From Raillietiella orientalis (lineage: Eukaryota): 64,000 nt of DNA. Of this stretch, positions 1 through 11,695 are shown piece after piece (positions within the stretch are counted from its first letter, which is position 1; each line of letters opens with the position of its first letter). The notes below the pieces were generated by a model. It did no database searches and had not been told where the DNA came from. It saw only the letters and a program-made list of their open reading frames with translations. The stretch covers positions 2,418,001 to 2,482,000 of the forward strand of contig JAYWIR010000012.1 of NCBI GenBank assembly GCA_036172245.1, written 5' to 3'. A program made the translations under genes and the position numbers.

Positions 1-1765
1 AGAGCACAGAGAGCCGAGCTATTCCATCCCTATTCCAGGGGTGCAAGTGCACAGGAGGATCTTTCCGTTCCCTGCGCCCTCTGGAGCCCGGGACGGACTC
101 TCCTGGACGGGTGGACGGAGAACCTTCGTTCCACCGCGCGCGCTGGAGGACGGGGCTGGGGCATGTCGGAGGAGGCGAACTGCGCCTTCGGGAGCGATTA
201 TCAGGAGGGAGCAAACGGGGATGGGTACAGATGGCACTGGGGAGCGGGACAAGGAGGGCTGAAGATCGGACTGCACTATCCCCCTCCCTTCCGGGACCCT
301 GAGTGCAATCTCAGCTGGTCCTCGAGCAAGGGCAAGCCCCCTAGACATGTGGAGATGGGAGAGGAGGGGCGGAGTGGTCAGGAGACGCGACCTGTCTCAT
401 GGGTTCCAAGAGAGACGGTTCCCATGACGGGGAGGTCTGGAGGGCACGGACAACATCCCTCGTGTCTGCAGCCTCCGTGCACCCAGCTCGGAGGTGTGAG
501 AGCACTCTGAGCCCCCTAAAGTTCTGTTGGAGCTCCTGGCAGAAGGGATGGGTGGGTGGGGGCGACCGGGTGGCGCGGCGCTTTCTTCAGCTTATAGCAC
601 CCGCCTGAGGGTGGTCTCCAGCGCCCTCCAGAAGAGAGAGGGGAGAGCCGGAAGAAGCGGTGCCTCTCCCTCCCTCTATTTCCTTGCGACGAGAACCGTA
701 AGGGAAGGAAGCGACTCAGAGGCAGAAAAAACCGCAGCGGGGAAAGGGCCATCTCTCTCAGAGGGGTCAAAGGCGCTCTCCGAGAGGAACGGCAGTCCGA
801 GGGACGCCACCGCAGGGGTGCCCTTCGCTGAAGACTCCCTGGAGGGACTCAGAACGCCCCTTTGCTCCGGTCCCCTGGATCCTGAATAGGCGGGTCGGGG
901 TCGGGGTTGCGCTTGCCTCCCACTGCATCTGTGGGGACAGCGGGGCACGCCCTTCCCATCCTCCTTCTGGAGGGAAAAAGTAGCGGCGCCACCTCACCGA
1001 GATCGGACCGCGGAGAAGCTACCGAGAGGGGCAGAAGGGGGTGGTGAACTTTTGAGTCCTCGATCTGGACCAGGGTCACCGGACCAGTCACAACCACGCA
1101 GGCGGCTAGCCGGAGGAGGCTCCCGGAATACCTGCGGCCTCAGGTCACGGCACCGCCTCGCTCTTCCATAAGAGGACGTGCATCGGGGTCCCCAATGTCC
1201 CTCACTAGACCCTCCCCTCTGCCTGCACCACTACACGTGATTCTGTACAATGCACCTCGTCCTAAGGGATGCCTTCTCCCCTAGCTCGCTCTTCCGGAAA
1301 GCAGGAGCGGGGAAAGGGGGGGTTCTGTCCCAATCCCCTCCCTAGCCCAGCCGAGTTGGTACCCCATACGAAACCCCTCCTCCCCCCCTTTTTTCTCCAG
1401 CGCCATGGGCAGGAGAGAGGATAGCCTCCTGGCGTGCAGAGCCCATCCGCTGGCTCACAGCCTCCGTCACCAGAGCCGCTGGCGCTCTCGCTTCTCGCTG
1501 CCTCGGGCACAGGGCCGGCTGCGGCATGCCTCCAACGTCCACCTGACCCCCACAGCGCGGGATGGAAACGCAAGGGAGAAAGGTAGGGGAGGTTATTTTC
1601 GCGAAGCCGCGATCTGCCTTTCGCCCTCCCTTGGTGGAGGGCAGAGGGGGGTCTCGAGCTTCACAAGTTCTTCTCCCTCTTCCTCCCGGTGGTGGGGGTA
1701 TGAGGTGAGGGCTGGGAGGGAGGCAGACAGCAGCAGGGGGAGTGGGGACCGCCGCGGAGCCTTAC

Positions 1766-1880
1766 CTTCATGGTGGCGGCACTGCACTTGTGGGTACCGC
1801 CGAAGAGGGGAGAGGCGTTGGGGTCCTCGCACTGGTCGATTCTCACGGTTTCCAGGAGCACCGACACGATGACGGCGGTC
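1766..1880 (-). CDS. Internal exon of a GPR158/GPR179-family GPCR ectodomain (start of the Cys-rich/EGF-like segment)
   Basis: Minus strand reads (R)TAVIVSVLLETVRIDQCEDPNASPLFGGTHKCSAATMK, matching the family pattern D-I-D/N-QC...F-x-GTHKC. Flanked by a pyrimidine-rich acceptor (ttgtctgctttcttccAG, intron ends 1881) and a donor aag|GTAAG (1765). Length 115 nt = 1 nt + 38 codons, which fits the phase-2 end of the exon at 16719. Confidence 0.85.
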
Positions 1881-4049
1881 CTGGAAGAAAGCAGACAAGA
1901 AGGAAGGGAGGGGAGTTTCGTAGTCTTGAAAAACGAGGGCGTGGGGTGCGAAAGGGGAGGACAGCCCATCTCTCCCCCCACAGAGATCGAAGCTCGGGTT
2001 CGATCCCAGCTTTCTTCTCTTTTTTTCCCTCGCCTCGCCTCCTACTTTGCTTCCCTCGGGCTCGATCGCCACCGGCGGTCGTCCCGGGCGAGTGCAGAGG
2101 GACCAGACAACAGCCGGAACGCACCAACTACACACCCTCTGGCCGCCGTCGCGCACCCGCAGTCCCGAGGGATAAGGAAGCAGCAGCTGCCGGTGCTTGA
2201 GAGAGACATGCAAGCACAGTTCGAGTTTTTGCCTTTTCCTTCCCTTAGCATCTCCTTGGCAACGGAGAGGGAAGGGGGAGAATTGAGCCAGGCAAGAAGT
2301 TTGGTTTCTTTCTTTCTCTCTCTCTCTCGTACTCTTTTTTTGTTTTCTTTCTTTCCTTTCGCCCGGAACGAAAGTCCCGCCGGTCTGGCGGAATCTCCCG
2401 TCGTCGCTCGGGAGCTTTCGCTTCCGTTCTCTCCCGGTTCCCACTTCCTCCCCACGCAGAGTAAATCGGGCCCGCGGCTGCAGCGAGTCCGTCCTGGCAA
2501 GTCTTCTCCTTAGATTTTCGTCTTCCAGAGGGATGACCCCAGCGCGATCTCCGCGGTCGCTTCCTCATTCTCCCCCCTCCCCTTCAAGACTTCTGTGTGG
2601 TCCGAAAAAAAAGAGGAGGAGCACCCCAACCGCACCTCCTTGCCTGGCGTACCGATGTCGGCACGGCAACGAACCACTTGCTTCTTCTCTCGCCCCCTCC
2701 CCCTGCTGGTTTTGTGGCCGCGCCCTCGTGGGTCTTCCTAGTCGCTACTGTCCTCGAGGGCCGCGGCCGGTCGAACGGAGAACTCCTTACGACCTTTCGT
2801 TCTTGAGGGTCATCTGCGGCCTACAGCTGGGAGAACGTGGTGGCTCGCCTTGGACCATCGCCTCCTGATCGTTTGTCAAGAGCGCTGCCAGCAGCGGCGG
2901 GGCAACCGATGGGCTCCTACCGCCGGCCGTCTCCATGAGGACGACGGTCTCCTCTCTCCCTCTGAGTCCGTTTTTCGTCCTCCTGGAAAGGAAGATCGGA
3001 CTGGGAAGGAGCCGGGACATTCCCATTCCCTCTCAATCTCTCCCCTTCCTTTCCAGATGCATTCCTTTGGTTTGGAAGAGTCCTGGGGAGAATGCCTGCG
3101 GCGGACGAGCACCCTCGCCTTTCCCTTCCCCTGTTCACCGGGAATAGAGGGATGGAAATGCTCGCGGGCAGTTCTGAGGTGCTGATACCATCTCCAAGGA
3201 GATCTGAAAAGCCGTATTCAAGGTGCGGAGAAAACGGCAAGCGGTCTCCTCTTTCGTTTTCTTGAGCCAGCACCTGCGAGGAGGGCGCGGAGGTTTGCCG
3301 AACCCTCCCTCTGCAGTCATCGCTCCCTCTCCGGTTCTCCCCTTTTCTCCGCGAGCAGTCTGCGAGATTCAGCCGCAAGAATGGATTAGGGAGCTTCTTG
3401 CAGGTGGAACCTTCCGGGTCCTCCCTCCTCCCCTTTCCCTCCACAGAGGTGTTGCTTCGTGGCTGCGGATGCCACCTCGCCCCTCCCGGCGGAGCGCGCG
3501 CGCGCGCTCCGCTGCCAAGTGGAAAAAATCGATCGCCAGGAAAACGTAGGGAAGCAGCCGCGGTCTTTCTACGTTCCTTCCTGCCGGGAGCCTCCGCCTC
3601 CTCCTCCTCTAGGGAATGCTCCTGCTTCTTTCGCCAGGGAAGGGAAAAGGGAGAACTTGTGGACGGGTCCGCGCTGATCCTCAGGAGCGTGCGCGTGCTC
3701 GTGTGGGAGCCACTCTGTGACGCGGTAGGGATGAGGGGAAGAGGAAGGAGTCCTCGTGGGGTTCTGGTTTCGGCTTCTCATCTTCACCCCTCTGCCTTCT
3801 GCTTCTCCGAGATGTCTGAGTGCTCCATCATAATGCAGAAGGAAGGATTTCCGTTCTGCCGAAAAGCATCCCAGCTCCCGTGCCTCTTTCCAAACCGGTG
3901 CGTTGGTTCTTGCGTGGACGATCGCACTGAAGCTTTCAGGAAGCCAGCGGCGAGTGCACGGGAACGACGATGGTGGTTGTGCCCACCACACTTCTCGGAC
4001 AGGCGTGAGAGGATGCTGTCCTAACAACGCCATCATCCTCGAATCTTCT

Positions 4050-6950
4050 TCGAGCTCAACTCCTCGATGGAACAGCAACGAGCAATCGTTCCCAAGGAAA
4101 CGATGCTCTTGACGGTTCCTAGGGACACGCTAAAATCTACACCGCTTCGTAGCTGTCTGGTAGACCCATCGCAGCCCGAGCAGGACGCCTTCTTCCTGCG
4201 CGCTCAGGCTCAAGTGGTGCAGGGAGCTCTCGAGACGGAAGCTGCTGATCGCTTGCGCAGACCTGTGCAAGCAGAAGAAGGGGCGGAGGAGGAAGAGGAA
4301 GGAAGGAAAGAGGAGGAGAAAGGAGAGGAAGAGGAAGAGATGAAAGCGAACAAGAAGAATTGAAAGGAAAGAGGAGGAAGAGGAAGGGAGGAGGAGATAG
4401 AGAAAAGAAGGAGATCGAACCGGAATTCGCTCTAGGCGACGGCGACGCGGCATAGTCCAAACAGTTCCATCTTCGTGCTCCCTGCTTTGTCTCTCTCCTG
4501 TCGCTTTCTTTCAGTACCATCAGCTATGCGATGACATCTCTTGAATACTTCACTCTTCTGAACCCGCATGTGCTCAGAAGCTGAACATCTCGCTGTCGTT
4601 TTCACCACTTCATCGATATCCCGAAGAAAACCGCGGACTGAACTGACACGAAAGCCACTCAGGCTAAAGTGGCTACCTCAAAGACGAGGCAACACAGCAT
4701 CCCCTTCCTTGTTGCTGTCTCCTTGGATACTTTGTTCTCAGATAGCAAGGTCCGAGTCCGACAAGCTTCTTGCGATGTAGAACTCATTCCTTCGGAGCTC
4801 ACCCACGGGAAAGGACCTCCCCCCCGGACTTCGAGGTGAGGATTTACTCCAGAGCTGCGAGCATGGTTCATCTCGGAGGTTCAGAGATCCTTCTCCTTCA
4901 TCGAAACCCCCAGACTGTGGTCCCGAGGTATGCTGGTTCTCGCGAGGAGTTGTCTCCGTGCCTTCGAAGGTCACAGGCCGAGCCCCAGCTTGCTTCAATG
5001 GTGAGACGGCTCTTCATCTTCAAGGAGCATCCCTACCCCTCTCCCAGGATTCCAGTTTTTTCTCTCAGTGCCAGGAATCAATTTCAGGTATGAAGTAGGC
5101 ACACACCCGGTTGGAGTACTTACTCGCGCATGTAAAGGGAAAAACCGGAACGGAGATGCCGCAGACGCAGAAGTGGGCCGGGACTGGAAACGAAAGCAGC
5201 AGTGGGTCTTGACCCTCCGTGCACTCCGTCTGGAGACTCCACGTGGTGCGGGAGGTATTCTGTGAAAACGCTCCTTTGCACCATCCCTCTCTCAGGATCG
5301 GGACTCTTGGGGGCATTCTGGAAGCGGGTTCCGATAGATCAGTTCCTAGATCTAGGGGTTCTGAGAGCTCTTCATGGAGTAGGCTAGGCGACTGAAGCGG
5401 AAAGTGGAGCATTCCACACGTCAACCAATCGCGTCCCACCCCCTGGATCTTGCCGCGTTTTGCTGTTTACCCACGGGCTGGCTCTTCAGCTCATCCCCTT
5501 CTCTCGCTTGCATTTCTCCCTTTTCGCTTCCAGTTCCTGTTTGGAGGGTCACGTCCCACCGATGAGTTCCAGGCCGGAACTTCTTATGAAGGAGCAGAGT
5601 TCGCCACTCTGCACAAGGCGCCTTTCCTTTTCTCCTCCCTGCGGCCTCCTTCCCCGCTGATCACCTCACTCTCTGAGGCTTCCAAAGTCCCAAGCATGCC
5701 AGTCCCGAATCTTTGGATCTCGGGATGTTCCCAGCTGACCTCTACGCCTGACCTCGACGTGGTTCGTTTGTTTTCCGCCTCTGGCCTCCCAATTCAGGAG
5801 ATACAGACCTACACGTGACCCTTCGTCCGGTATCCTCATCGCTACGTCCGCCAGGGGTCTTCCCTTCGGCATTTGGAGGTTCTCGAAGTGAGCACCTGCC
5901 TCCCTAACTCAATGGAGTCCCTCCTAAACCCTCAGACTCATGTTCTAGGAAGAAGAGATCCGATCTTCCTGCCTTCGTCCTTGATCTGAGGGGTGCTTTT
6001 TCTGGATCCGACGCACTTTTACACCACCCTGGAATGCAGGGTGGCGTGAAACCCATTTTCCGTATCCCTCTTCCCTAACCTTAACCCTTCGCGTTCTCGA
6101 AGCGCGGCTCCTCACACTCCTATGCAGCTTTTCTTTGTAGCATCTCCCTGGGGACCCCTTTCAAAAAGCTGCTTGCACTTGGACGGGAGGAAGGGTTGCA
6201 CTGCGTTTCCCTTTCTCCTAAGAGACATGCCATGCTCCCAGGGAGCCTTGCAGTATTTCTGCACAAGTGCTACCAGAACTACTTTATCTTTTCCATCTTG
6301 GTTCCTTCCCATTCTTCCTTACTTCTGCATAGATTCCTTTGTGGGGACGCCATTATGAGATGGTGCTGAGGGGATTGCCTTTCTCCTTCCTTCCTTCGTA
6401 TCCTGAGAAGTTTGTCGTTCCTGGAGTATCTGAATTCTGCCATCCTATATTCCGCGAGTCTTCCCCATCGTCTTCCTACCATGATTTCTTCCCTCAGAGA
6501 AACCTCCAGGAAACGCTGGAACTCAAGGATCCATCCCGAGGCGCTTCCACCGAGCACTACTGCCACCACCTCTCTTTCTCCTTTTCGCGGAGGAGACCTC
6601 TCATTGGTTACGGCTTCTACTCTATGGCTTTTCTTCCTGATGAGAGCCATCTTCCTCCGCATAGGAAGCCTCCCAAAGCTCGTGATCCCACAGATACCCT
6701 ATTCCCTCCCCTTGTCCTCATCCAAAGAATGGGGGAGGGCGGAAAGCTTCAACAGGAGAGCACGGGCGCATCATCCCTTCGGCGTCTACGCCCATGCTTG
6801 TGGGCCTCTCTGCGAATCGTGGACATCCCCGGTGCCTCTCTTCGAAACAAAGCAGGGACAAGTGCGCAAGTGCTTGTCTTTCCTCTCCGTGAGAGATTCA
6901 GTAGGAGCACCATCGGTAGCTCTTAGAACCTGTAGACGGAAGAGGTCGGC
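4050..6950 (+). mobile_element. Highly degenerate LINE (non-LTR) EN-RT remnant inside the GPCR intron
   Basis: Faint motif echoes in the expected order across frames: RWNSNE (WN-x-NG), EHPYPSPRIPVFSLS (SDH-x-PI), GRDWK (ADW), PTPW, CSQGA (PQGS), LELKDPSRGAS...RRPLIGYG (L..WGA..IRP-x-LDYG). Read by eye; boundaries approximate. Confidence 0.35.
4273..4412. repeat. Purine-rich (GAG/GAA/GGAA) low-complexity tract
   Basis: Run such as gaggaggaagaggaaggaaggaaagaggaggagaaaggagaggaagaggaagag seen directly. Confidence 0.85.
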
Positions 6951-9900
6951 GGCTTGGGGAGGGGGGAACGTGGGGTGGCGTCCCGCGCTCCGTACAACGG
7001 AGGAATCCTACCGATCAATTGAATCCCTGGGGGACTGTAGGAGACTCATTCAAAACGCTAAAATTTTAGGAAGATTCTCCACTGGAGAGCGACAGCGCGA
7101 AAAACGAGGGAAGAGAGGGAGTAGGAGGAGGAAAACAATCACCTTTCGTTTCTCGTACTGATTCCCGGGCTCGTTGCATCACAGGAGAGCTTTGCTTTTG
7201 CCGGAAAAAGCTCTGGAAACTTTCAGAACGGGAAATTTATTGCATCACGTTCGCTCGTAAATTAGAATTCAAATTGCACTTTTCACCCAGAAATGCGAGG
7301 AAATAAAGTTCTTCGTATTAAAACGACACGAAAAGCACAACATGGAGGTTTCGCGTTTAGCCTACGCATGCGTGGGGCGCGCCTCCCATTCCCCTCCCCC
7401 CCCCCTCCGTTCCTTCGGGTAAAAATAGCCACTGCTGCCCATTGTTGCAACAAACGAGCGTTGCCCGGATGGAGGCGAGCGGTGGCGGCGACGCGTGGCG
7501 CGGGAGACCCCGCGCGGACGAAGCAGAAATCCCTCATCGATCGGGGCTGAAGATTTTTCCCTCCGAAGAGAGGTCGCGGGTTTTCCACCGAATTCGGCCT
7601 GGAGAAACGAACCCCTGGATCTGAGAGCGGAGTGCCCGTCCGTCGGGTAAATTGATTCATATTCGCAAGTTTTTTTTTTTTTTTTTAAATAATTTATTCA
7701 TGTGGAGTATCGTGGAGTAATGAATTCTCAAGAGCTATCGAGCTCCGAGCGGAGGGAACGTACATACGCACACAGTGAATTCGACGCTGCCGCTTCTTCT
7801 TCTTCTGAAGAAGAAGAGGAAGAGGAAGAAGGCTGTGATTTGATTTTGATCACACATCTTGAACGAATCGCGCTTCTTACTGGAACTGTTTGCACGCGAT
7901 CCTCGTATTCTGGGGACAGAGGCAAAGAGTTGTGACAATGTAAATTCTCTGCAGAGAGAAAAAGAGTAGGAGGGGGGAGGGGGAGAGGATGGGGAGGTGG
8001 ATTCGTTTTCGAGAGGATCATTCGGAGCAGAGGGTTTTTACAGCCCTATCGAATCGCCACGGGCGGAACGCGTTGTACACGGTGTGCAGCAATGCACGCA
8101 CGCGGACGTGCATTTCGACGTGGGAAAAATAAAAAGGGATCCTAATCTGTTCGATAAGGTGTGTTCTGGATCTCCACCCCTGTGCCTCTCTCCGAGGAAA
8201 GCAGCCCACGGTGTTTCAATGGAATCCTAATGCATGCACTGTGTGTATTCCGATGAACACAATGCGTGCATTCTCATGCATAGGATGCACACAATACAAA
8301 CTCGTGTGCTCCCCTGCTTCACGAGTTTCCTTGTTTCAAGCAATGAATCTCAATGAATGGATGATTTCATTTTGACAAAGCAATTTGGCATTGATGCAAA
8401 TGTGCGTATGAATTTGGAGGAGGAGGAGGAATTCATATCGACTACGCCCGTATCGATTCCCTCGCGCCGGCTTCGCTTTTTCTTATTTTTTGGTTTTTTT
8501 TTTTTTGCTGTTGTTTTCCATTTTCACTGGGGAGGAGGCGTGGGCTCGCCGCCTCACGGATGCCTGCGGTGGGGGGGGAACGGTGGTGGGATGGGGGAAG
8601 CGGCTACTTCGATTCTCGTCTGGGTTTCTAACCTCCTGTCCTGTCTAGAGAGAGAGAGAGAGAGAGAGGGAGGGAGGAAAAGATTCTGCTCCCCTCCCTC
8701 CTCTCCCCTGGCTCTTAGGGCGGCAGCAAGCTAGTTCCCGTTCTCCCGAAAATTCCCATCTCGCTTGCGGGAGGGAGCCACTTCCAACAGTGACGTCAGC
8801 AGCTACGGTAACGTGGAAGGTTTCAGAATTTTCGGTTCTGCGTGGGAGAATCATAGGAAACGATCTTCGATAGGAGGACACATGCACTCACACGCACACA
8901 GCACACCGCGTTCGTTAGACACCGTGTGGGAGGAGAGAGGGGGGGAGGGAGGGGGAAGGGAACCCGACGCAAGGTGTGTTTTTTTTTTTTCTTCTACAGC
9001 GGAATGTCTCCGGATGGCTCTTTCATCTGCTGTCTCACGTAATGCAGAGATCTCGCATTCTCATCCGGAGGAAAGCAGCGTGGCTGTGCTCTTCCAGGTA
9101 CTTGTGCTCTGCGAGAAAGACAAACGAATAAATGAGATAAAAGAGAAAAGAAAGGATGAAAATCCCGTCATCTTGGGTTTCGAAAACCCATCTTCTCAAT
9201 AATGAGCAGTATATATATATATATATCTCTTTTTTGTTTTTGTTTTGTTTTTCCGTCCGCGTAAGAGGTGGCCGTCTCCTTAGAGAGGACGGATGCAATC
9301 ATTGTGCAAAAGTGGTTTCATTTTCATGTTGATTAGGTGTGTCGGACTTTCGGACTGCGGAGAAAATTGGACCACGGAGCACAATGCGTTTGTTGCAGAG
9401 AATAGATAAATAAAAATAAATAAAAGTGAAAAAAAAGGAAGAAAGGAGGAGAAGCAAAAATGGAGACGAAGAGACGTGAGTCTCTCGCAGGAGGGGGGGT
9501 GGGGGGGGGGAAGAAAACTCCTCTCAGTTGGAGGTCCCTCTCTCTCCTTGGCTTTGCACCCGACGAACCGAAGCGGCGAAATCGTGCGGTTCCACCTGCC
9601 TGTAAGAATCCGGCGGGAGAAGCTGTGAATGACGGAGGTGAGCCAGCGACCGCGCGGAAAGAAGGGGAAGGGGAGAGGGGAGGAAAGGAAGAGGGAGGGG
9701 AAAAAAGGACCAGGAATGCCGGATGAACCAGCAGGATCTCGTTCGTCTCCGGAAACATCCCCAAGTGCTGCAGGAACTGAAATGGGAGAAGACACGACAG
9801 CCGTCGAGAGTGGTGGTAACAGTAGAGCCAGCGGAGCCTCGGAGTCTAGCTCGCAATATCGGGGGACGTGCCCTGAGGGATAGATGGAGATGTCATGATC

Positions 9901-11244
9901 TTCCGCATGATCTTCCGCGAGCAATCGATCATGGAGCTGCTTCATCGGTTTGCAAATCGCGACAGACGACGGGTGAAGAGAGTCATTCGGGAGTGATTAA
10001 TGATCGTCAGATGACGCTCCCAAACGCCTCTTCCGCAGCCCTAGTTTCGCCCCGCGACCCCCACTCTCAGCGGTCTTCGAAAGAGAGAATGCGCCGCGCA
10101 AAGATCGTGGACTTCTCCGCTGCTTCTGAGCAGTGCGAGGGGAGGACGGAGGAGAGGTGGGGGATGGGCGTGGCTTTTCCGTTTGGCTTCTCGCAATGGT
10201 GGAGAGGAGCACGCCAGGCGACCCCCACGCTGGGAGTGGCGGACATGACGGCGGCGCCGTTTCCCAGTCCTTCCCTTCCCTTCCTGTTTTTCGTGGGGTA
10301 TGTCCCTGGCTTCTGCCAGCCGTCATCCCCTTTTGGTGAAGGGAGGTGTGCGGCTAACGTACGGGACAATAAGTAAGCAGGCCCATCTCGTCTCCACGCA
10401 GCTTCCTCCATCCGACACATGCAGCGCTGGTCCCGCCCTCCTCCGCAGGACGCATCACTGAGGAGCCGTCCCAGCAGAACACACGAAAATGCGATCTCGG
10501 AGGGTAGAGGGGCGGGACTCTCGGCGCGCAAAGGATAGCCCGACGACCCATCCTCCGGCACAGAACTCTGCAGATCTCCCGCAGTGCGTGCGTGATTCTG
10601 TGATCCGAGGGATGCGTCCTTAGTCCGCGTCTTTATCCTCCCTAAGGGAGAGGGAGAAGGCACGGACTGTAGCCTCTCTTCCCTCTCTCGTGGAAGAAGG
10701 CTAGGGTGCTCTCGATCTTCTTTCCATCCTTCCCTCAAAACTCCAGCTCCCAAGGGTGGGAGTGAAGTGTGGCGGTGAAGAGTGGAGTGGGAAGGCAAGA
10801 AATCCGCGACCCTCCTCTTCAGCCCGCCTCTGCCATCCTCTCACCCCCTATCTCTGTGCAAGCAGCCCCGAGAAGGCTCTCTCTCCAGCTCTTCGTCCTT
10901 CGCAGCAAGAGGACCGGGAGCGGTTCGGCCCTCTTCCTTTTCTCTTCATCCTGGTCTCCCCCAGAAGGAGCTTCTAAGAGCGTCCTCGAGGGAAGGTCGC
11001 GAGCGCGAGCTGGGACTCAATCTGCTCGTCGCTCGCGGTTCCCAGACCCGTGGACCTTCTCCCTGGATCGGAGAGAGTTCCGGCTCTGGCGCGACCCCTC
11101 CGTGGTCTCTCCCAACATGGGCAGCTGCAAGAGCATCCTCATGTCCTCCTGGGCTGTCTGCCATTTCCATCTTCCCTCTGTCCGTTTCGAGAAGAGGAAT
11201 GAAGGAGGAGGAGGGGCTCGAAACCCCGCGACGTCGACCAGCTT

Positions 11245-11695
11245 CCGCTCCCCGGAGCGTGCGTGACCCTATCTGTGTCTTCGGGGCTTTTCCGGAGCTG
11301 GTCTACTGAGGGCTGTTTTCCTTCCCTGCCCCTACTCCTCTTCCTCGGGATTCACGCCGGTAAGCTGTCTCCAGCTGCTCCAGGACTTCTCGGTGAACGA
11401 GGACTGAGGTTGCTGATGCCTGGAGTCCTTTCACTCTGGGAGCAAGCCAACTTCCCATGCCACGAATTCTTGTCAGCTTCCTCTTCCTGAGCTTCGGGTG
11501 GTCTCGAGCCGAAAGCGAAGGGCTACAGGGGCAGAGATTCGACACTCCCCAGAAAAGGCTTCCCTGCTGGCTTCCCTGCTGCTTCTGACCGTGGTGCACA
11601 GTCGGAGGGAGGGGGAAGAAGGAGACAGCCCCAGTAGGTCAGATTCGGAAGAGACCCCAACACACAGATAGGGTCACACATTCTCCGGGGAGCGG
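11245..11695. repeat. Imperfect inverted repeat, arms of about 80 bp around a spacer of about 290 bp (foldback/MITE-like)
   Basis: Arm 11245-11324 (ccgctccccggag..gtgaccctatctgtgt..ctactgagggctgttttccttc) matches the reverse complement of 11618-11695, including an exact 16-mer gtgaccctatctgtgt / acacagatagggtcac. Confidence 0.85.

Noticed and set aside
19..120. ILLCTCTPG as the next EGF-like exon of the GPCR
   Set aside because: An in-frame stop follows within a few codons, the expected aromatic residues are missing and there is no convincing acceptor.
11523..11560. tRNA/SINE B-box-like gagattcgacactcc
   Set aside because: No A box or cloverleaf can be built around it.
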